From assembly GCA_949292205.1 (NCBI GenBank), contig CASEYR010000001.1, forward strand, positions 155,530 to 219,529: a stretch of DNA of 64,000 nucleotides. Reading direction: 5' to 3'. Of this stretch, positions 19,612 through 30,754 are shown in pieces. The position numbers and the translations under genes were made by a program. Position 1 is the first letter of the stretch. Every line of letters begins with the position of its first letter. The notes below the pieces were generated by a model. It was not told the DNA's origin, did not search any database, and was given only the letters and a program-made list of their open reading frames with translations. This DNA comes from an uncultured Alphaproteobacteria bacterium (GTDB taxonomy: Bacteria; Pseudomonadota; Alphaproteobacteria; CAAHEQ01; UBA3637).

Positions 19612-21378
19612 TTAACGAAGTTTTATATGCACTTCCCTTAGTTGTTTCTCTGTAACAGGTGCCGGTGCATGCATTAATAAATCTCGAGCCTGTTGATTGA
19701 ACGGGAAAGCAATGACTTCTCGAATATAGCTTTCATCCGTCATTAACATAACTAAACGGTCAAATCCAAAGGCTGCACCACCGTGTGGCGGAGCGCCATA
19801 TTGGAAAGCATGCAACAATCCGGAAAACTTCTCTTTTACAACCTCCGGACCATAGCCGACAATCTCAAACGCTTTGAACATAATATCCGGACGATGGTTA
19901 CGAATAGCTCCGGATAAAATTTCATAGCCGTTACAAACCATATCAAACTGATAAGCTCTGATTGTCAACGGATCTTGATTCAACAGCGCTTCCATTCCGC
20001 CTTGCGGCATAGAAAATGGATTGTGTGAAAACTCTAAAACACCGGTTTCTTCATTCAATTCATAGAATGGGAAGTCCGTAATCCAACAAAAACGGAAAGC
20101 ATTCTGTTCAATTAAATCTAACTCTTTACCCAATAAAGTGCGAACTGTTCCGGCAAATTTGACCGTCTTGCTTCCCTTACCGGAAATGAAGAAAATGCTA
20201 TCCCCTGTTTGAGCCCCTGTAATATCAATCAATTTTTGAATCCGGTCGGCATCCAAATTCTTGGCTATTGGTCCTTTGACTCCTTCTTCTGCCAATGTCA
20301 TATAACCAAGTCCACCCATTCCTTGTTCAACAGCAAAACCATTCATCTTGTCAAACCAACTACGTGGTTTTGAAGCTGTTCCTGGGGTTCGAATGGCACG
20401 AACAAATCCACCTTGGGCAACCATATTTGCAAATAATCCGAATGCTGCCCCCTCAAAAACTCCTGATACGTCTTTGATAACCAATGGATTGCGTAAATCC
20501 GGTTTATCCGTTCCATAGGTCAACATGGATTCCAAAAACGGAATTCGCACAAAAGATCTTTCAGAAAGAGTCATTTTGGGTGCAAATTGTTTGAATAAAT
20601 CTATCATCAAGTTTTCACCGACTTCAAAAATATCGTCCTGTGTTACAAATGACATTTCAAAATCAATCTGATAAAATTCACCGGGAGAACGATCTGCACG
20701 ACTGTCTTCATCCCGAAAACAAGGGGCTAATTGGAAATACCGATCAAATCCAGACACCATTAAAAGCTGTTTAAATTGTTGAGGAGCTTGCGGTAATGCA
20801 TAAAACTCTCCTTTATGAACCCGAGATGGAACCAAATAATCGCGGGCCCCTTCCGGACTGGATGACGTCAAAATCGGTGTCTGAAATTCATAAAAACCCA
20901 TATCCCACATCCGATCGCGAACAAACTTCGTCATTCTGTTACGCAATAAAATATTCGCATGTGGCTTTTCCCGACGCAAATCCAAGAAACGATAAGTTAA
21001 TCGTTGCTCCTCTGATAAATCCTCTGAATCGGCAACAATTTGGAACGGCAATGTTTCTGCTTCAGATTGAATAACAACAGATTCAACAGAAACTTCAACC
21101 TCACCCGTCGGCATTTTAGGATTAATTGTATTGGCATCACGTAAAACAACCTTACCTTCAACCGTAATAACGGATTCAGGACGGATTTTTTCAAGTGTTT
21201 GAAAAACCGGACTGGCTGTATCCAAAACACACTGCGTAATACCATAATTATCGCGCACATCCACAAACAATAAGTTGCCATGATCTCGTTTCCGATGAAC
21301 CCAGCCTGACAGTTTAACAGTCTGCCCCGCATCCGAAGCACGCAGAGCGCCACAGGTATGTGTACGATATTGATTCAT
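19612..21378 (-). CDS. aspS: Aspartyl-tRNA synthetase
   Basis: [24 protein letters not shown] and GAPPHGG motifs. Confidence 0.97.
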   Translation of the reverse strand: MNQYRTHTCGALRASDAGQTVKLSGWVHRKRDHGNLLFVDVRDNYGITQCVLDTASPVFQTLEKIRPESVITVEGKVVLRDANTINPKMPTGEVEVSVESVVIQSEAETLPFQIVADSEDLSEEQRLTYRFLDLRREKPHANILLRNRMTKFVRDRMWDMGFYEFQTPILTSSSPEGARDYLVPSRVHKGEFYALPQAPQQFKQLLMVSGFDRYFQLAPCFRDEDSRADRSPGEFYQIDFEMSFVTQDDIFEVGENLMIDLFKQFAPKMTLSERSFVRIPFLESMLTYGTDKPDLRNPLVIKDVSGVFEGAAFGLFANMVAQGGFVRAIRTPGTASKPRSWFDKMNGFAVEQGMGGLGYMTLAEEGVKGPIAKNLDADRIQKLIDITGAQTGDSIFFISGKGSKTVKFAGTVRTLLGKELDLIEQNAFRFCWITDFPFYELNEETGVLEFSHNPFSMPQGGMEALLNQDPLTIRAYQFDMVCNGYEILSGAIRNHRPDIMFKAFEIVGYGPEVVKEKFSGLLHAFQYGAPPHGGAAFGFDRLVMLMTDESYIREVIAFPFNQQARDLLMHAPAPVTEKQLREVHIKLR

Positions 21379-21450
21379 AAAAAAATCTCCTAATTAAAAA
21401 AATTCAACGGCAGTTAGCCTACAACAATTTCCTGCCAAATGCAAGACAAA

Positions 21451-22122
21451 TCAAATAAAAATCCGGATAAAAATTAAAGTTTGTTGAAGAAGTGTATGTA
21501 AAAAGTATCCAATCCCTTTTGGACCATAGCAAGCAAAAGAAAATAAAATACCGTAAGAAATTAAATTGGCCCCAGGTAAAAACAATAAACTGAATAAATA
21601 TCCGGCAACTTTAAAGTCTGTTTGCTTGGGATGAATCTCAAGTAATGTTGAGGCAATATGATATCCTGTCATAACACCAAATACCGCCCAATACTGATTA
21701 GGCAAAGGCTCTTTAAGCCAATCATAAAAAAAGCTTCCCATCATAACTAAAACGGCAAATGTCGGAAAAAAATAGGGCGCTAATGCAATCAACCAATTTC
21801 CTCGACCTTTAAATGAAAAAGAACCTCCAACACCCTGATTTATCTCTATGTTCTTTGGTGAATGGAATGTTAATACGGCAAATAACATATGTGTTGCTTC
21901 ATGTTCAAAAATAGACAGAAATGAACCATAAAATCCAGACACCATAAACCATGCTACAATAACCACAAGCATTGGCAGGAAAAACCACGCCAAAACAAGC
22001 CGATTTAAACCCTCTTGGAGAATAAGCACATCCGTTTTAAAAGCCGGTAAAAGCAATAAAACCATTAGGAACGCTATCGGCCATTTCAAAAAATCTAAAA
22101 CTTTGTTAATCAACTGTTGCAT
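21451..22122 (-). CDS. M50-like membrane metallopeptidase
   Basis: HEATH motif and IALAPYFFP; multiple TM helices. Confidence 0.7.
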   Translation of the reverse strand: MQQLINKVLDFLKWPIAFLMVLLLLPAFKTDVLILQEGLNRLVLAWFFLPMLVVIVAWFMVSGFYGSFLSIFEHEATHMLFAVLTFHSPKNIEINQGVGGSFSFKGRGNWLIALAPYFFPTFAVLVMMGSFFYDWLKEPLPNQYWAVFGVMTGYHIASTLLEIHPKQTDFKVAGYLFSLLFLPGANLISYGILFSFACYGPKGIGYFLHTLLQQTLIFIRIFI

Positions 22123-22804
22123 TATTAACCTCTTGGATAGTAATCTGACCGAACAGTGCCGTATCAAAAGCCGCATAGACTAATTTACGATTCTTAGCGT
22201 AACGGGTTTCATTAAAGTATAGATGAAGCGGTGGTGAAGATTTATCCTTCATTCTATTAAAGAACCATCCCTTTTTCTTACCGACCAGAATATCAACAGT
22301 TACGGTATAATACTGTAATTTCAAATCATCAGAATAACCAATTTCAGAACCGGAAACAATCCCCTCATATTGAAAGGTAATCTTGAGTGTTCTTTTTCCA
22401 TCAAAAACAATGTAGTCTTTTGTCTGTGGATGGTTATCCAACAATCTATCTAAAAAAACAGAGGGATAATCCAACTGATTTTTTTTATCATTAAAGGTTA
22501 AATTACGGCGTTTAATACGATCTCCATTAATTGTTTCCATATAAGATTCAATGACTTTTGGTTCTTTGTTTTTCCAAATTCCTCGGCTGTTAAAGACTGA
22601 CTCTGAATCAACCAAAAAAGACAATAACCCACGCGTTTGGGTTGTTAGCCGTATCTGATATTCCTGAGGTGTTGTTGTATAATCAACCGTTGCATCCATA
22701 AGATGCATCCCTGCCCCAAAAGCTTGGTAGGAAACAACCTCGGCCCGAGCCGAAATTGAAAATAAAAAACAACATAAATATAAAAAAAAGATTTTCATTT
22801 GCAC
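22106..22804 (-). CDS. Secreted protein, DUF3108-like
   Basis: Signal peptide; VFDGKR motif; beta-rich. Confidence 0.55.
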   Translation of the reverse strand: MQMKIFFLYLCCFLFSISARAEVVSYQAFGAGMHLMDATVDYTTTPQEYQIRLTTQTRGLLSFLVDSESVFNSRGIWKNKEPKVIESYMETINGDRIKRRNLTFNDKKNQLDYPSVFLDRLLDNHPQTKDYIVFDGKRTLKITFQYEGIVSGSEIGYSDDLKLQYYTVTVDILVGKKKGWFFNRMKDKSSPPLHLYFNETRYAKNRKLVYAAFDTALFGQITIQEVNNATVD

Positions 22805-22857
22805 TTCCTTTTGATAAACTAGCCTAAAATAACAAAAAAAGAAAGGAATATTTACAC

Positions 22858-24015
22858 ATGGAACAAATTTTTGTTTTGGGATTGCTATTTATTGTCTTAG
22901 CTTTGGTTCTCTTGATGATTGTTAAAATTAATGCGTTGGAAAAAACACCCTCAATTAATGGAAACTTAGAGCGATTGGAACGAATGATGCATTCAGACAC
23001 CAGTGATTTACGACGTGAGTTGGGTCAATCTTTGATTCAATTTAACGATTCTATTCGTCGAACGGTTGAGGAGCGTATGGATAAATTACGATCTGAAAAT
23101 ACAGAAAAATTAGAACAAATGCGTGCTACCGTTGATGAAAAATTACACACCACTTTAGAAAAAAGGTTGGGTGAATCATTTGCTTTGGTTTCTGAGCGAT
23201 TGGAAAAGGTGCATCAAGGATTGGGGGAAATGCAAACTTTAGCGACTGATGTCGGTGGATTAAAACGCGTTTTAACCAACGTTAAAACGCGAGGGACTTG
23301 GGGGGAGGTACAACTTGGAAATTTATTAGAGCAAATGCTTTCCCCAGAACAATTCATTAAAAATGCTCACATCAAAGAAAACTCTTCTGAGGTTGTTGAG
23401 TTTGCCGTAAAATTACCGGATGGAGATGTTTTAATTCCGATTGATTCCAAATTTCCGATGGAAGACTACGATCGTTTAGTTCAAGCAGCCGATCAGGCCG
23501 ATGCTTCTTTAGTGGAAAGTGCTTCAATTGAGCTAGAAAAACGCATTAAAACGGAGGCAAAAAGAATCTCGGATAAATATGTTTATCCTCCAAAAACGAC
23601 CGATTTTGGTATTATGTTTTTACCAACCGAGGGGTTATATGCCGAAATTATGCGCCGTCCAGGATTAGCTGCCGAAATTCAAAATAAATTCAGGATATCT
23701 ATCGCAGGACCCAGTACTCTGGGCGCTTTCTTAAACTCACTTCAAATGGGATTCAGAACACTGGCTATTCAAAAAAGATCCGGTGAAGTTTGGCAAGTTC
23801 TTAATGAGGCAAAAACAGAGTTTGAAAAATATGCTCTGTGGGTTGAAAAAGTCAAACGAAACATTGAACAAGCTCATAAAACTTTAGATGAAGCTGAAAC
23901 ACGGACAAGAGCCGTCAATCGAAAACTACGCTCGGTTGAAGGAAATATTCAAACACAAGCTCCTCTAAATCAGGTAGCGACAAATTTACTTGAACACAAA
24001 GAAGATGAGAATTAG
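22858..24015 (+). CDS. rmuC: DNA recombination protein RmuC
   Basis: KTRGTWGEVQL, PIDSKFP and MFLPTEGLYAE motifs. Confidence 0.93.
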   Translation: MEQIFVLGLLFIVLALVLLMIVKINALEKTPSINGNLERLERMMHSDTSDLRRELGQSLIQFNDSIRRTVEERMDKLRSENTEKLEQMRATVDEKLHTTLEKRLGESFALVSERLEKVHQGLGEMQTLATDVGGLKRVLTNVKTRGTWGEVQLGNLLEQMLSPEQFIKNAHIKENSSEVVEFAVKLPDGDVLIPIDSKFPMEDYDRLVQAADQADASLVESASIELEKRIKTEAKRISDKYVYPPKTTDFGIMFLPTEGLYAEIMRRPGLAAEIQNKFRISIAGPSTLGAFLNSLQMGFRTLAIQKRSGEVWQVLNEAKTEFEKYALWVEKVKRNIEQAHKTLDEAETRTRAVNRKLRSVEGNIQTQAPLNQVATNLLEHKEDEN

Positions 24016-24608
24016 TTTTTAGGTGGATAACCAATCGCCTGTGTAACAATAACAAATTCTTCTGCCGGCAGGTCAAGGGCTTGAGCTATTTTCACCTTTT
24101 CACGTGGCATTCTAACAACTGAATTTAATCCGGCAGAGACTGCATACAACCCGACATTCTGATAGGCAGAACCTGCATGTAACGGAGAGTTTGTTTTATC
24201 ACTGCCCGTATATACTAAAATTAACGGGACTGTCTTCATATAATCCTGCGTTACAAACAAAGAGCGAACATCTGTTTTTGAAATTTGTATTAATTCATGA
24301 GTTACAGCTTGATAAAGAAAAACACCGTTTGGTAATATCGCATAAACATTCATATTTTGGCGATTCATAGATGTTGGAATCGTTCTCTTGTTATCACCCG
24401 ATATTCCAAATGCCACAAATAAAATATCTGACAGTGTCTGATTATCTGGTACTTGAGAATCAAACTGACGAATAGAACGACGTTCACGAATGGTATCTAA
24501 CAACGGCTTTCCACCCTGAGCTATAGGGGGCGGCAATTTTATATTTTCTGCATAAACAATCTTCGATATCAAAGAAATTCCCAATAAAAGAGCAAAACAG
24601 ATTCTCAT
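24012..24608 (-). CDS. Nitroreductase family protein with signal peptide
   Basis: RRSIRQF, RTIPTSMN and QNVGLYAVSAGL motifs. Confidence 0.85.
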   Translation of the reverse strand: MRICFALLLGISLISKIVYAENIKLPPPIAQGGKPLLDTIRERRSIRQFDSQVPDNQTLSDILFVAFGISGDNKRTIPTSMNRQNMNVYAILPNGVFLYQAVTHELIQISKTDVRSLFVTQDYMKTVPLILVYTGSDKTNSPLHAGSAYQNVGLYAVSAGLNSVVRMPREKVKIAQALDLPAEEFVIVTQAIGYPPKN

Positions 24609-24676
24609 AAAACAACCTCCTTATCTTTTATGATAGAGCGTAGTTTAAGGCAGTACAATAAAAAAATCAAGAGTTA

Positions 24677-25126
24677 TTAAGCTGAGCGATCAGAACGCGA
24701 TCTCAAAAGAGTAAGTTTTTCTCTATTTAAATCCTTTAATACAAAATTTACAGAAGGATATTTTTTTTGTAATATATCATACTGAATCTCTCTGCGAGAT
24801 AACGTATTATAACGATAAACTATTTTTCCGAGAAAAGTCAGTGTCTTTATCAGATCCTGATGAATACATGTTGGAATCCGATCGTTATTTAAAGACATAA
24901 CTTGCTGTCCCGAATGAACACGCGAACGAATTAATCCATTTTCTCGTAAATAAGCGGGTATTGTTTGTATAGCCCAGCCATATAATTGCAATCTAGTAAA
25001 ATTAAGATTAGGTCTATCTATTATACCATTCTTCTTTTGAGCCGACATACCAGATCCAAGAGATGATGTTGTTTCTTGAATCATTCCTTCAATATAACCA
25101 CGCAACTCAGGTGTTAAACGAGCCAT
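24677..25126 (-). CDS. Hypothetical basic protein
   Basis: AGGAGG upstream; orphan. Confidence 0.6.
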   Translation of the reverse strand: MARLTPELRGYIEGMIQETTSSLGSGMSAQKKNGIIDRPNLNFTRLQLYGWAIQTIPAYLRENGLIRSRVHSGQQVMSLNNDRIPTCIHQDLIKTLTFLGKIVYRYNTLSRREIQYDILQKKYPSVNFVLKDLNREKLTLLRSRSDRSA

Positions 25127-25184
25127 TTCTTCCTCCTTTTGATACTTCTAATGATATATCATAAAAGAAAAAAAGTCAAGATCT

Positions 25185-26138
25185 TTACTTGTATGCTGCC
25201 CGTCGGATACGATCGTTAATTGCTAATCCTAAACCAACTTCCGGAATGGGGGCTATCGCAATTCTTGGAAACACAGTCTGTTCATCTGCTTGATGCAAAT
25301 AATCAAATAAATGAGAGGCTGCCTCATTTAAATCCCCAGAGTGACTCAAATTCAAGTGCGCTTCTGGACCGATTTCACCAAAACCGATAAAAAATTCATC
25401 GGCTTCCGGATGTATCGCATTGATACGCAGTGCATGTGAAGGGGCATAATGCTTTAACATTTGACCGGGAGAGCTTGGCAATTTCGGATTGCCATGAGAG
25501 AGCAAAACGGGCTCATGTAAAAATAATTCCAAGTCTTCTTTTGATACACCACCCGGACGCAGTATTACTATGTCTTTACCCGTTACATCAATGATTGTTG
25601 ATTCTACACCGACGGAACATGCCCCTCCATCCAAAATCATATCAACCCGAGTACCTAAACTTTGCCAAACATGTTCAGCCGTTGTCGGACTAATCGTTTG
25701 TGATCGGTTGGCTGAGGGGGCAACTATTGGTACTCCTGCTGCTTGAATTAAAGCCAAAGCAACGGGATGTTTGGGCATCCGAACGGTTACCGTGGGTAAT
25801 CCCGCACACGCTAAATCTAACGATGAAGACATATCTTTTCTTTTTAATACAAAAGTTAAAGGTCCCGGCCAAAAATATTTAGCTAAAGCTATAACACGCT
25901 CGTCAGTTTCAGCATATTGAGATAAAAAATCAATCTCAGATATGTGAGAGATCAGCGGGTTAAATGTCGGCCTATTCTTAGCTTCAAAAATACGGGCAAC
26001 GGCATGGGCATTATATGCCGAAGCTCCCAACCCATAAACCGTTTCGGTTGGCATAACAACTAGCCCGCCTTTTTGTATTATGGAGGCACCTTGTTCAATA
26101 TGTTCCGGAGTTGCATCAAAGATGTATTCATTTTTCAT
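25185..26138 (-). CDS. tsaC: Sua5-type L-threonylcarbamoyladenylate synthase
   Basis: PTETVYGL, KNRPTFNPLI, APSAN and PGQMLKHYAP motifs. Confidence 0.93.
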   Translation of the reverse strand: MKNEYIFDATPEHIEQGASIIQKGGLVVMPTETVYGLGASAYNAHAVARIFEAKNRPTFNPLISHISEIDFLSQYAETDERVIALAKYFWPGPLTFVLKRKDMSSSLDLACAGLPTVTVRMPKHPVALALIQAAGVPIVAPSANRSQTISPTTAEHVWQSLGTRVDMILDGGACSVGVESTIIDVTGKDIVILRPGGVSKEDLELFLHEPVLLSHGNPKLPSSPGQMLKHYAPSHALRINAIHPEADEFFIGFGEIGPEAHLNLSHSGDLNEAASHLFDYLHQADEQTVFPRIAIAPIPEVGLGLAINDRIRRAAYK

Positions 26139-28098
26139 TTTGATCCTGCTTTACTATTTGATGATAGCGATTATCTGCTTCCTTCTTAAACTCCTCTATG
26201 CCGTAATTATCCCAATCTAGAATAAGCATCTGGTCATCATAGCGAACGATAGAGGCAAAATCTTTTCGGTTATCAAATGCGCGATAAACACGATATGGAC
26301 TAATTTGAATCAAATCTGCCACCCAATAACGATGCGTCGTCGGAATAAAATTAGTCTTATAGGTTGTATCTTTTTCTAAATCAGGATGATATTCTAAAAT
26401 ATCATACTGATCTATCCGTTGAATATATGATTTTAGCTTTTCAACTGCTGGATTTTTTTGAGCAACTCGATTGATATGCTTCATTAAATCCTCATCAATT
26501 ACGAAGAAGTAATTACTATATTTTTCAGAGATATAACCTGATAAAATTTGTTCACGAACCGTATTAATTAACTCATGCGTCTTTCGTGAAGGGCGATTCA
26601 AAAATCCATAATTAATGTTTTTGTGATTTTTAATTGCCCAGCGCCAAATCCCTGCATAATTCAAATTATGTGCAAAAATAAAGGCATTGTCATATTGATT
26701 TGCCAAACGATCCCACTCTTTTGATTTTAAAGGATAGATATATGGCGTTGTATTAACAACAAAACTCTGTTTCATTTTATAAGTCGGATATAAATCCCAA
26801 ATTTGAATTAACAATATTATCGGTAAAATCAACCATGCTTTTTTAGGAAAGTGAACACCGACTGTTTTTATTAAATAAAATGCTAACAGATACCAAACCG
26901 GCCAGAAGAAACGACCTGAGTAGCGAAACACACTACCTAACCAATCAATAACGCTTCCCGGTTTATAGTCTAAAACAACAGTGTTCCCAAATTTTATTTG
27001 AGATGATAAGGCAAAAAGAGTGAAGCCAAGCAATAAAAGAGATAACATCCAATTTTTTTTCAGGTTTTCACGTCGAAATAAATCTTTCACATACGGGAAG
27101 AAAAATAACAATAGTAGTAACAAACCAAATCCGAAATAATTATCGGCATCAAAATCTGCTTTTGGGGTTAATTTATTAAAAACTTGCGACTGACTCCAAA
27201 TCGGATTGAATAATGCAGTTAAATTCAACCCTAAACTACGCCATCCACCGCTGGCAATCTCTTGTTCGGTTGTCATCATTCCCAGTAAATAAAACCAAAC
27301 CAAAAAGACGGCAGCAAGCATCATAATACCCTTACATAGGGTTTTCAAGGAAACTTTTTTTTCAACAAAAACTTGTTTGTAAAACAGGAGCGCAAAAAAT
27401 CCGGCTTGCATCGGTAAAAAATAGGGACAAGTCAAAATCCCTAATGAAATTAAAACAGCCATATAAAACCATTCTTTATTTCCCAACCGATTATTCATCC
27501 ACATCAAAATAGCAAACAATAAAATAAAATGCGGCATCAAATTAATATGCACAAAAACACGCATCATCATAATCGGTGCCGATACAAAAAATAAGGCACC
27601 TATCGTGATTAACCATTTGCTTTTAAAAGCATGTCGAAAAATTAATACAGATACATATGCCTGTAAAATATATGAAATCAACATCCAAATCCCGACAAAT
27701 TGTACCTCTGGGCTTAAACCAAAAACAGTGTGCAACAATTTAAAAATAACAGATAAAAGCGGTCCTCCGTCTGTTCCATGCACCGAAATGCCATAAGGAT
27801 ATGCTAAATTCATATGTGTGAAAATCGGCCAGCGCCACTCATCCATTCGATAGAGAACGCTCCCCATATATGAAACTGAAAAATCTCCTCCTTTAGAAAC
27901 AAGACCAATGTTATAAATATCTAAAACGCTCAGACCAAAAAGCCAAAAAAATCCCATCAAGGTGATAGTCATCGTTAGGGCGATATCCCAATTACCTCTT
28001 AGCCAGTCCGCCATTTTTAAAATTCGTTTTAATATCGGATCCGGCAATTGATAAAATCTGTCTTGGATAATATTTAGATAAGTTTTTTTGTTTTTCAT
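26128..28098 (-). CDS. Polytopic membrane protein, putative GT-C glycosyltransferase (DUF6311-like)
   Basis: Many TM helices; WRWP..., TDGGPL and FRYSGRFFWP; downstream of a GtrB-like GT2. Confidence 0.65.
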   Translation of the reverse strand: MKNKKTYLNIIQDRFYQLPDPILKRILKMADWLRGNWDIALTMTITLMGFFWLFGLSVLDIYNIGLVSKGGDFSVSYMGSVLYRMDEWRWPIFTHMNLAYPYGISVHGTDGGPLLSVIFKLLHTVFGLSPEVQFVGIWMLISYILQAYVSVLIFRHAFKSKWLITIGALFFVSAPIMMMRVFVHINLMPHFILLFAILMWMNNRLGNKEWFYMAVLISLGILTCPYFLPMQAGFFALLFYKQVFVEKKVSLKTLCKGIMMLAAVFLVWFYLLGMMTTEQEIASGGWRSLGLNLTALFNPIWSQSQVFNKLTPKADFDADNYFGFGLLLLLLFFFPYVKDLFRRENLKKNWMLSLLLLGFTLFALSSQIKFGNTVVLDYKPGSVIDWLGSVFRYSGRFFWPVWYLLAFYLIKTVGVHFPKKAWLILPIILLIQIWDLYPTYKMKQSFVVNTTPYIYPLKSKEWDRLANQYDNAFIFAHNLNYAGIWRWAIKNHKNINYGFLNRPSRKTHELINTVREQILSGYISEKYSNYFFVIDEDLMKHINRVAQKNPAVEKLKSYIQRIDQYDILEYHPDLEKDTTYKTNFIPTTHRYWVADLIQISPYRVYRAFDNRKDFASIVRYDDQMLILDWDNYGIEEFKKEADNRYHQIVKQDQNEK

Positions 28099-28099
28099 T

Positions 28100-29038
28100 T
28101 TAATCCTTTATTTTTAAAGTCGTTTTTGATACTATATACTGTGGTCTGTGCTTTGTTTCCATAAAAATCATACCAATATATTCGCCAATTACACCCATAA
28201 CAAAAAGCTGCACCCCACCTAAAATCAAGACAACCCCCATTAATGAGGACCATCCGGAAATAACAGAGCCATTAAATAAACGCATATATAAAACATATGC
28301 TGTAAATAAACACCCCAAAAATGCAACAAATAGCCCCAAATAAATAACAATACGCAATGGTTTTAAACTAAATGAAACAGCACCTGTTGCCGCCAAAGAA
28401 AGCATTTTTCCGAAAGTATAACTGCTTTGTCCATTCAACCGCTTGTCCGGTGTATAAACTAATCCTTTTTGTGTAAATCCAATCCAAGAAATCATACCCC
28501 TCAAAAACAACATTCGTTCGGGTAAATCTTTAATTTTATCAACAACTTTTCTATCTAACAGCCGAAAATCTGCCGATCCTGCCGGCAATTTTAATCCAGT
28601 TAAAAAATTAAAAAAACGGTAAAATAGTCGAGAGGAAAATTTCTTAAAGAAAGATTCATTTTTTGTTTCTTGACGAATTGTATACACAATATCATTTCCA
28701 TTTTCCCACTCGCAAATCATTGTGGGTATCAAGGATACGGGATGTTGTAAATCTGCATCCATTGAAATCACGCAGTCCCCTTTTGCCACATCTAATCCTG
28801 CTTTTAAGGCATACTGATGACCAAAATTACGTGTGAAAGAAATAAAATGAACATTTTGATCTAAATGATGCAGAGTTTCCGCAACGTGTTCCGTTTCATC
28901 AGTACTACCATCATTTACAATGATGATTTCATATAGCCCTATTCTTTTTAGAGCGACCGTTAATTGCTGAATTAAAACAGGTAAATTATCCTGTTCATTA
29001 AATGCCGGTATCACAACAGAAATCAGTTTTGGTTTCAT
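28100..29038 (-). CDS. GT2 glycosyltransferase (GtrB-like)
   Basis: NDGSTD, RNFGHQ, MDADLQHP, two C-terminal TM helices, GEYIG...RP. Confidence 0.9.
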   Translation of the reverse strand: MKPKLISVVIPAFNEQDNLPVLIQQLTVALKRIGLYEIIIVNDGSTDETEHVAETLHHLDQNVHFISFTRNFGHQYALKAGLDVAKGDCVISMDADLQHPVSLIPTMICEWENGNDIVYTIRQETKNESFFKKFSSRLFYRFFNFLTGLKLPAGSADFRLLDRKVVDKIKDLPERMLFLRGMISWIGFTQKGLVYTPDKRLNGQSSYTFGKMLSLAATGAVSFSLKPLRIVIYLGLFVAFLGCLFTAYVLYMRLFNGSVISGWSSLMGVVLILGGVQLFVMGVIGEYIGMIFMETKHRPQYIVSKTTLKIKD

Positions 29039-29089
29039 GGTATCTTTCCTTTATTTTTTCTTTTACTTTATTCATAACCAAAAGTAAAG

Positions 29090-29117
29090 AAAAAAAACGG
29101 CTCCTAAAAGAGCCGTT
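29090..29117 (-). terminator. Terminator after the ferredoxin gene
   Basis: AACGGCTC...GAGCCGTT stem with an A run on the plus strand. Confidence 0.7.
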
Positions 29118-29135
29118 GCTATTTTCTGTGTTAAA

Positions 29136-29369
29136 TTAAGCCTCAGGCCACTCTGTGGCTTTTTCCTCATTGAATTTAACCCACTTTTCATCAGCCTCAT
29201 CAGATGAGCTGATAGCACCTTGCGGGCATTCTGAAATACAAACACCGCAATCTATACACACATTTGGATCTACAACAACTTGTGTTGAGCCTTCACGAAA
29301 CGCTCCGACAGGACAAACCTCTACACAAGATTTACATAAAACACATGAATCATTTACAACTGATGGCAT
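29136..29369 (-). CDS. 2[4Fe-4S] ferredoxin
   Basis: CVLCKSCVEVCP and CIDCGVCISECP. Confidence 0.92.
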   Translation of the reverse strand: MPSVVNDSCVLCKSCVEVCPVGAFREGSTQVVVDPNVCIDCGVCISECPQGAISSSDEADEKWVKFNEEKATEWPEA

Positions 29370-29500
29370 TTTTTTCTCCTTCTAAAAAAAATCACAATCT
29401 GTTCTTACTCGTTTTTAAGACGAAAAGCAAGTGTTTTTTTATTTGACTTTCTAAATAACATATTTTAGTATAACGGAACCGGGATATTGAAAGGAAAAAT

Positions 29501-29869
29501 ATGACTGTTTTATATCAAGTTGGTGATAAAGATTCTCGTCCATGGGGAACATGGGAAGTGATTGGCGTCGGCAAAAACTATATTGTAAAAAAAATTTGCG
29601 TTGAAGCTGGACAAACCTTATCTCTACAAATGCATCATTATCGAGATGAACACTGGATTATTGTATCCGGAACGGCGGAAGTTACTTTAGATGAACAGAT
29701 ATATGAAGCACATCAAAACACCCCTATCTTTATTAAAGCAGGGCAAAAGCACCGTATTGCGAATAAAACAAAAGATCCTGTTGTTTTTATTGAAGTTCAA
29801 ACAGGTAATACACTAGATGAAAGTGATATTGTTCGCTTTGAAGATAAATATGGTCGACAAACTTTGTAA
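29501..29869 (+). CDS. Cupin protein, mannose-6-phosphate isomerase type II C-terminal domain
   Basis: RPWG, SLQMHHYRDEHW, IEVQTG and DIVRFED motifs. Confidence 0.88.
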   Translation: MTVLYQVGDKDSRPWGTWEVIGVGKNYIVKKICVEAGQTLSLQMHHYRDEHWIIVSGTAEVTLDEQIYEAHQNTPIFIKAGQKHRIANKTKDPVVFIEVQTGNTLDESDIVRFEDKYGRQTL

Positions 29870-29924
29870 AGTAAGAATAAAATAGTTTTAAAAAATATAT
29901 AAACCAAAATCTGAATTTAATCTT

Positions 29925-30743
29925 CTACATTTCAGAACGAAGAATGGACGGCAATCCCCACATTTTTTCTTTTTGATCAATAGGTTGATGTAATAGAGCA
30001 TAGCGGTTAATCATTATTCCCAATGGGTTCATCAATGAAGGCGATCCGTTAAATCCGGCACGAATAAACACTTTATATCGTTTTCGCCCTATGTTGTTTT
30101 TTTGCTTACACTCTAAACATTCTCTGGTATTATCCGAACATTGACATAATGGGTTAAACATATCCGGTATCGGCATATCAAACACCTCAAAAATCCCCTC
30201 CCACATACCGCTGGGGGTTTGCTTTAAATCGTATAAATGAACATCTTTTACTACTTTTTTTGAGCGAGACTCATTAAAGGCATTCACATACTCTAGAGAA
30301 AATTGTTTATAGACATTTGGTGATGAGTAGACTGAAACAGGTCCTCCCCTACCCCAACGTGATTCTTGAACTTCTTGATCCCAAACCACACTATGGCGAT
30401 TGATAACATAATCTCGTAGTGCAGACTCCATCATCAACTGTAATGCCGATACACTAATCCTATCATGTTCCGAAGCCTGTATTACTTTACGTTCGGGATC
30501 TATCATATATAAATTAACCACTTTTTGATTTGCGACAGAAACATCTAACCGTGCGGCTAAATAAACAAAAATACCAGATAAGGCAAGCATAATCCCCATA
30601 TTTAAAAAAGTCGCTACAGCAAGAATGCGTGTCGTTCTTAAATAACGACGCTCGGGAATTGCAGAAATTTGAATCCGCTCTGGATATGCTTCTAAAACAT
30701 CTGTTTCGTCCGTACCTTCGGTTTTCTTTCTTTTAAAAAACAT
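29925..30743 (-). CDS. VirB8-like protein
   Basis: Single N-terminal TM, RDYVINR and C-terminal NPLGIMINRY. Confidence 0.6.
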   Translation of the reverse strand: MFFKRKKTEGTDETDVLEAYPERIQISAIPERRYLRTTRILAVATFLNMGIMLALSGIFVYLAARLDVSVANQKVVNLYMIDPERKVIQASEHDRISVSALQLMMESALRDYVINRHSVVWDQEVQESRWGRGGPVSVYSSPNVYKQFSLEYVNAFNESRSKKVVKDVHLYDLKQTPSGMWEGIFEVFDMPIPDMFNPLCQCSDNTRECLECKQKNNIGRKRYKVFIRAGFNGSPSLMNPLGIMINRYALLHQPIDQKEKMWGLPSILRSEM

Positions 30744-30754
30744 ACGCCCCCCGT

